DNA from: Andalucia godoyi And28
Lineage: Eukaryota; Protista; Jakobida
Reading direction: 5' to 3'
Length of the DNA stretch: 64,000 nt
NCBI GenBank assembly: GCA_009859145.1
Contig: VRVR01000004.1
Span: 276,934 to 340,933, forward strand
Part shown: piece by piece, positions 61,060 through 64,000 of the stretch
Position numbering within the stretch: position 1 is the stretch's first letter
Layout of the letters: each line of letters starts with the position of its first letter
The notes under the pieces: model-generated
Seen by the model: the letters and a program-made list of their open reading frames with translations, nothing else
Database searches by the model: none
What the model was told of the DNA's origin: nothing
Position numbers and translations under genes: made by a program

Positions 61060-64000
61060 ATGTGGCAGTCAAAGTACTTTTTTCGTTCTCCTTCGACGGA
61101 TAGCGCCAATGGAAGCAGCAGCGGTCGAGTGGAGAGTTCGACGATGAAACGTGTTTCTGTGTCCGTTCCACATGCATCGAACAGCATTATTCCGCCGTCG
61201 CTTGCAGCGTCGTCCACACTCAGCACTTGCAATTTCAATCTTTCGTTTCCGTATGGGCCATTCAGAAGGATAGCTTCGGATAGCGTCCCGTTTCCCGGAT
61301 CTTGGGTTCCGCCGCCGAATTCCGCGCCATACACATCCAACCACCGATATTTTCCAACAGTGCTTCGAAGACCGTGCGCAAGTGGAGTTTGTGCCCGCAT
61401 TCGGCTGTGCCAGCAGGAAGAAGATATTCTGAAATTTCTCGCTTCTCGGAGGAAATCTCGGCTTGCCGGAGAAGAATCCCACGTCGTGGATGACTTTTCT
61501 GGATATGACGACAACGTGCTGTGCGACGATGATTTGGGATTTTATGCATATGATGACTCTGCAAAGCTTCCTGGTGAGGAATTGTTCGTGAAATTGTCAG
61601 CAACTGGCAAACTCAGAGACGAGTCCTCGTCAGTCGGCGGAGAGACTTCTGCATCCGACGAGTCAGACAGTCAGTCATCGTCTGGAGATCTCACGGATCA
61701 AGAGTATGTCAAGGAAGGCAACGAATCGTCACCAACAAGTGGCAAAACAGCTCGGACGGACGTTGTTGATGCTGATGCGCTGGACCGAGCGGCGCAATCT
61801 GAAGCGGCATTGCAGGTCGAGGTTGGAGATGCAGATTCAGACGCAAAGCCAAATGTAGAGGAGGAAGAATCTGTCGGTGCACTGGGATCCAGAATCTCAG
61901 ATTCGGAGCTCTATGAAGAGATCATCCGGGAAAAGATGGAGACAATATCCAGAGAGTATTTTAATACAATTTGTTCGGATTTCCCGGCAATTCGACCCGA
62001 ACAAGAGCAGGTGTTCAAAGGACTGTTGTACGATGTGTCCTACCTGCTTATTGTTCTCGGAGGAGAGAACCCTTCTTCCTCGCAAAATATGCAGCTGTAC
62101 ACGAAGTCTTTGCGTGCATTGTCTCAAATAGCGACCCAGCCGAAACTTCTTCAACGCATTCTTCAGCGTGCACCAGAGTTTCTAATGGCCGTGCTGCGGA
62201 TCTTGACAAATGTCTCCGGTTCGATGAAGACATTCTTGTTTGATGAAGTTGAGCGTGAAGCCGTGCTCAGCGCATTTACTGTCTTGTGCCAATCTGCACG
62301 GTATTTACAGAATTTGTCGTATGGAAAGTCAGACACAGCCAGTTTGTTGAGTCCCCTTGGATCTCCAACATTTGAAGTACATTCACCAAAGAGTGTGCTG
62401 GGAAAGGATATGCTGGGTGAGAATTCAAGCGATTCGAAGGACACGTTAGAGCATTATGGCCAATCTGTTGAGACGCTTCACTACACCGTTCCTGCGGTTA
62501 TGGCATTCCTGGACGGAGCATGGAGTGTCTCCAGTGTTGTTCGAGATCACTCGCATGTCTTCTGCAATGCCTTCAAGTTTCTGACTTCTATTTGCAAATC
62601 ACATATCGTTTTTGAGGACAAAGTTGACGCAAAACAGTGTTTAAGATCCTTTGGGATTGTTCCTTGCACATTGCGGTACATCCTCGCGGCAGCGTTCATT
62701 CCTTTACGGAAAGAAGCACTGCTCCTTCTGGTTGCTTTCGGCGATTCGTCGATCGCCACCGAGTATCAGGTGGCGATTCTCGCAGATGACCCAAAGCTCG
62801 GAAGCGATCTCCTTGCGGATATAAGAATCATATTGGATGGTTTTTTGAACTTTGTTGAAGATGAGGATCGACGCCTGCTCTTCATCGAAGTTCTTCGTCT
62901 TGTCGCAATACTGGCGCGTCATCCGCAGAATCGCAGACGGGTATTTGAAGCAGACATGTTTCCTCCTTTGTTCCGCATCGTTGATCATTTCCACAAGAAC
63001 ACTCTTCGAGTCGGCAATGCATTCGTCCACGTGCAGGTGCAACGGATGGCGATGGAGATCATGGGGTTCTGGTTTCCACTTGATGTAGACAAGTCAGACG
63101 CCAAAACAACTTCTCTCCTCGCGTCCCCATCATCCGATCCCGCAAAGGCATACGTGACGTCCTTGCTGAATCTGTTCTTCAAGGAAGCTCTTCCTGTGCT
63201 GCTGCTTGTTCTGGATAGCTGCCCGGACCGTTATGTCCGCAAGGCAGCATCCTTTGCGCTGGCGCATTTGTCGGAACACAAGGCAACGCACTCGTGCATT
63301 TTGGAGAAGTCGCTGTTGCCTGCTCAAGAATCAATCATCGATCAGGATGGGCATCTGTCATTTACTCTAAAAAAGAGACCGATTCTCACACTGTGCGATG
63401 CAGGAGATTTCTCCGCGCTCGTTGTGGTTGCAAATCTGTGCGAGAATGCTGACTTGTTTCGGAAACTCCGCTCGTCCAAGGATGCCTTGGCCATTCCGTT
63501 GGTGTCAATGATCGCGCAAACACTAACTTCGTGTGTTTTGAAGTTCGGGAATGTCGGGTTCTTTCCGCAAGTTGCCTCTACTGCACTGGCTCATCTTTCT
63601 GCCATGGAGGTTCCGCACGACAGAGAACTCTTGTCCGCTGACGATGCACTGGGCGTGTTTGTCGCTGACGGGGACACCGCTTTGCCCGACACACGAGTGT
63701 TCGATGGGGAGGAAGTTCGTGCTGTCATTGCGTCCTTTTCAAACTTTATTGGGTACATTGTTCGAACATTAGCATCCTACTTGTCGGATGGGTCTGCGTC
63801 ATCTGGAGAAAAGACAGATTCGTCTCCTTTGATTCCACGCAACTTGTCGTTGCTGCTTGTTGCGTTTTGTTCAAGCAAAGCCGGTCGCCTGAAACTGCAA
63901 CCAGAGCCTGTTTTCCCCCTGCTCTTGAAGGCCATCCAAATTGCAAACAAGCGAGGTTTTACTGCGATTGACAGCGTGGTGCATCGTAACCTGCTGTTGT
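61060..64000 (+). CDS. Large helical-repeat (ARM/HEAT-like) hypothetical protein, truncated by the window end
   Basis: Frame 1 is open from ATG 61060 (directly after an in-frame TAG) to the last base, at least 980 codons. It is missing from the ORF track because there is no stop. Amphipathic helices such as ALPVLLLVLDSCPDRYVRKAASFALAHLS. Confidence 0.85.
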   Translation, partial: MWQSKYFFRSPSTDSANGSSSGRVESSTMKRVSVSVPHASNSIIPPSLAASSTLSTCNFNLSFPYGPFRRIASDSVPFPGSWVPPPNSAPYTSNHRYFPTVLRRPCASGVCARIRLCQQEEDILKFLASRRKSRLAGEESHVVDDFSGYDDNVLCDDDLGFYAYDDSAKLPGEELFVKLSATGKLRDESSSVGGETSASDESDSQSSSGDLTDQEYVKEGNESSPTSGKTARTDVVDADALDRAAQSEAALQVEVGDADSDAKPNVEEEESVGALGSRISDSELYEEIIREKMETISREYFNTICSDFPAIRPEQEQVFKGLLYDVSYLLIVLGGENPSSSQNMQLYTKSLRALSQIATQPKLLQRILQRAPEFLMAVLRILTNVSGSMKTFLFDEVEREAVLSAFTVLCQSARYLQNLSYGKSDTASLLSPLGSPTFEVHSPKSVLGKDMLGENSSDSKDTLEHYGQSVETLHYTVPAVMAFLDGAWSVSSVVRDHSHVFCNAFKFLTSICKSHIVFEDKVDAKQCLRSFGIVPCTLRYILAAAFIPLRKEALLLLVAFGDSSIATEYQVAILADDPKLGSDLLADIRIILDGFLNFVEDEDRRLLFIEVLRLVAILARHPQNRRRVFEADMFPPLFRIVDHFHKNTLRVGNAFVHVQVQRMAMEIMGFWFPLDVDKSDAKTTSLLASPSSDPAKAYVTSLLNLFFKEALPVLLLVLDSCPDRYVRKAASFALAHLSEHKATHSCILEKSLLPAQESIIDQDGHLSFTLKKRPILTLCDAGDFSALVVVANLCENADLFRKLRSSKDALAIPLVSMIAQTLTSCVLKFGNVGFFPQVASTALAHLSAMEVPHDRELLSADDALGVFVADGDTALPDTRVFDGEEVRAVIASFSNFIGYIVRTLASYLSDGSASSGEKTDSSPLIPRNLSLLLVAFCSSKAGRLKLQPEPVFPLLLKAIQIANKRGFTAIDSVVHRNLLL

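Noticed and set aside
60987-61514. 175-aa minus-strand ORF
   Set aside because: It is antisense to the 5' end of the long plus-strand ORF starting at 61060.

Overview
Gene-dense nuclear DNA of a eukaryote with short spliceosomal introns (85-227 nt, GTATGT-type donors, mostly near the start codon) and microsatellite-rich intergenic spacers. KAP3, CFAP144 and MORN5 indicate a flagellate. mS35, MPP-alpha and a mitochondrial carrier indicate a mitochondrion with its own ribosome. A TSPOON/LOLITA-like TSET subunit argues against an animal or fungus. A jakobid-like protist would fit, but that is inference only. About 35 protein genes can be supported, and several need splicing that the ORF track misses (IMP4, RPC2, HIP, GPD2, YbaK, three small genes). 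There is one tRNA-Lys(CTT) and no recognisable mobile element or CRISPR array. The strongest leads are: (1) a HAP2/GCS1-like class II fusogen ectodomain that appears to lack its fusion-loop region and has gained Cys-rich and EGF-like stalk modules (6873-9449); (2) a ~330-bp element present twice, 16.76 kb apart, with one mismatch, which folds into tetraloop hairpins on the minus strand, ends in a T-run, and matches no RNA family I can recognise by eye; (3) two weaker structured-RNA candidates near 42.4 kb and 51.8 kb. All family assignments come from recognising motifs by eye; no database searches were run.
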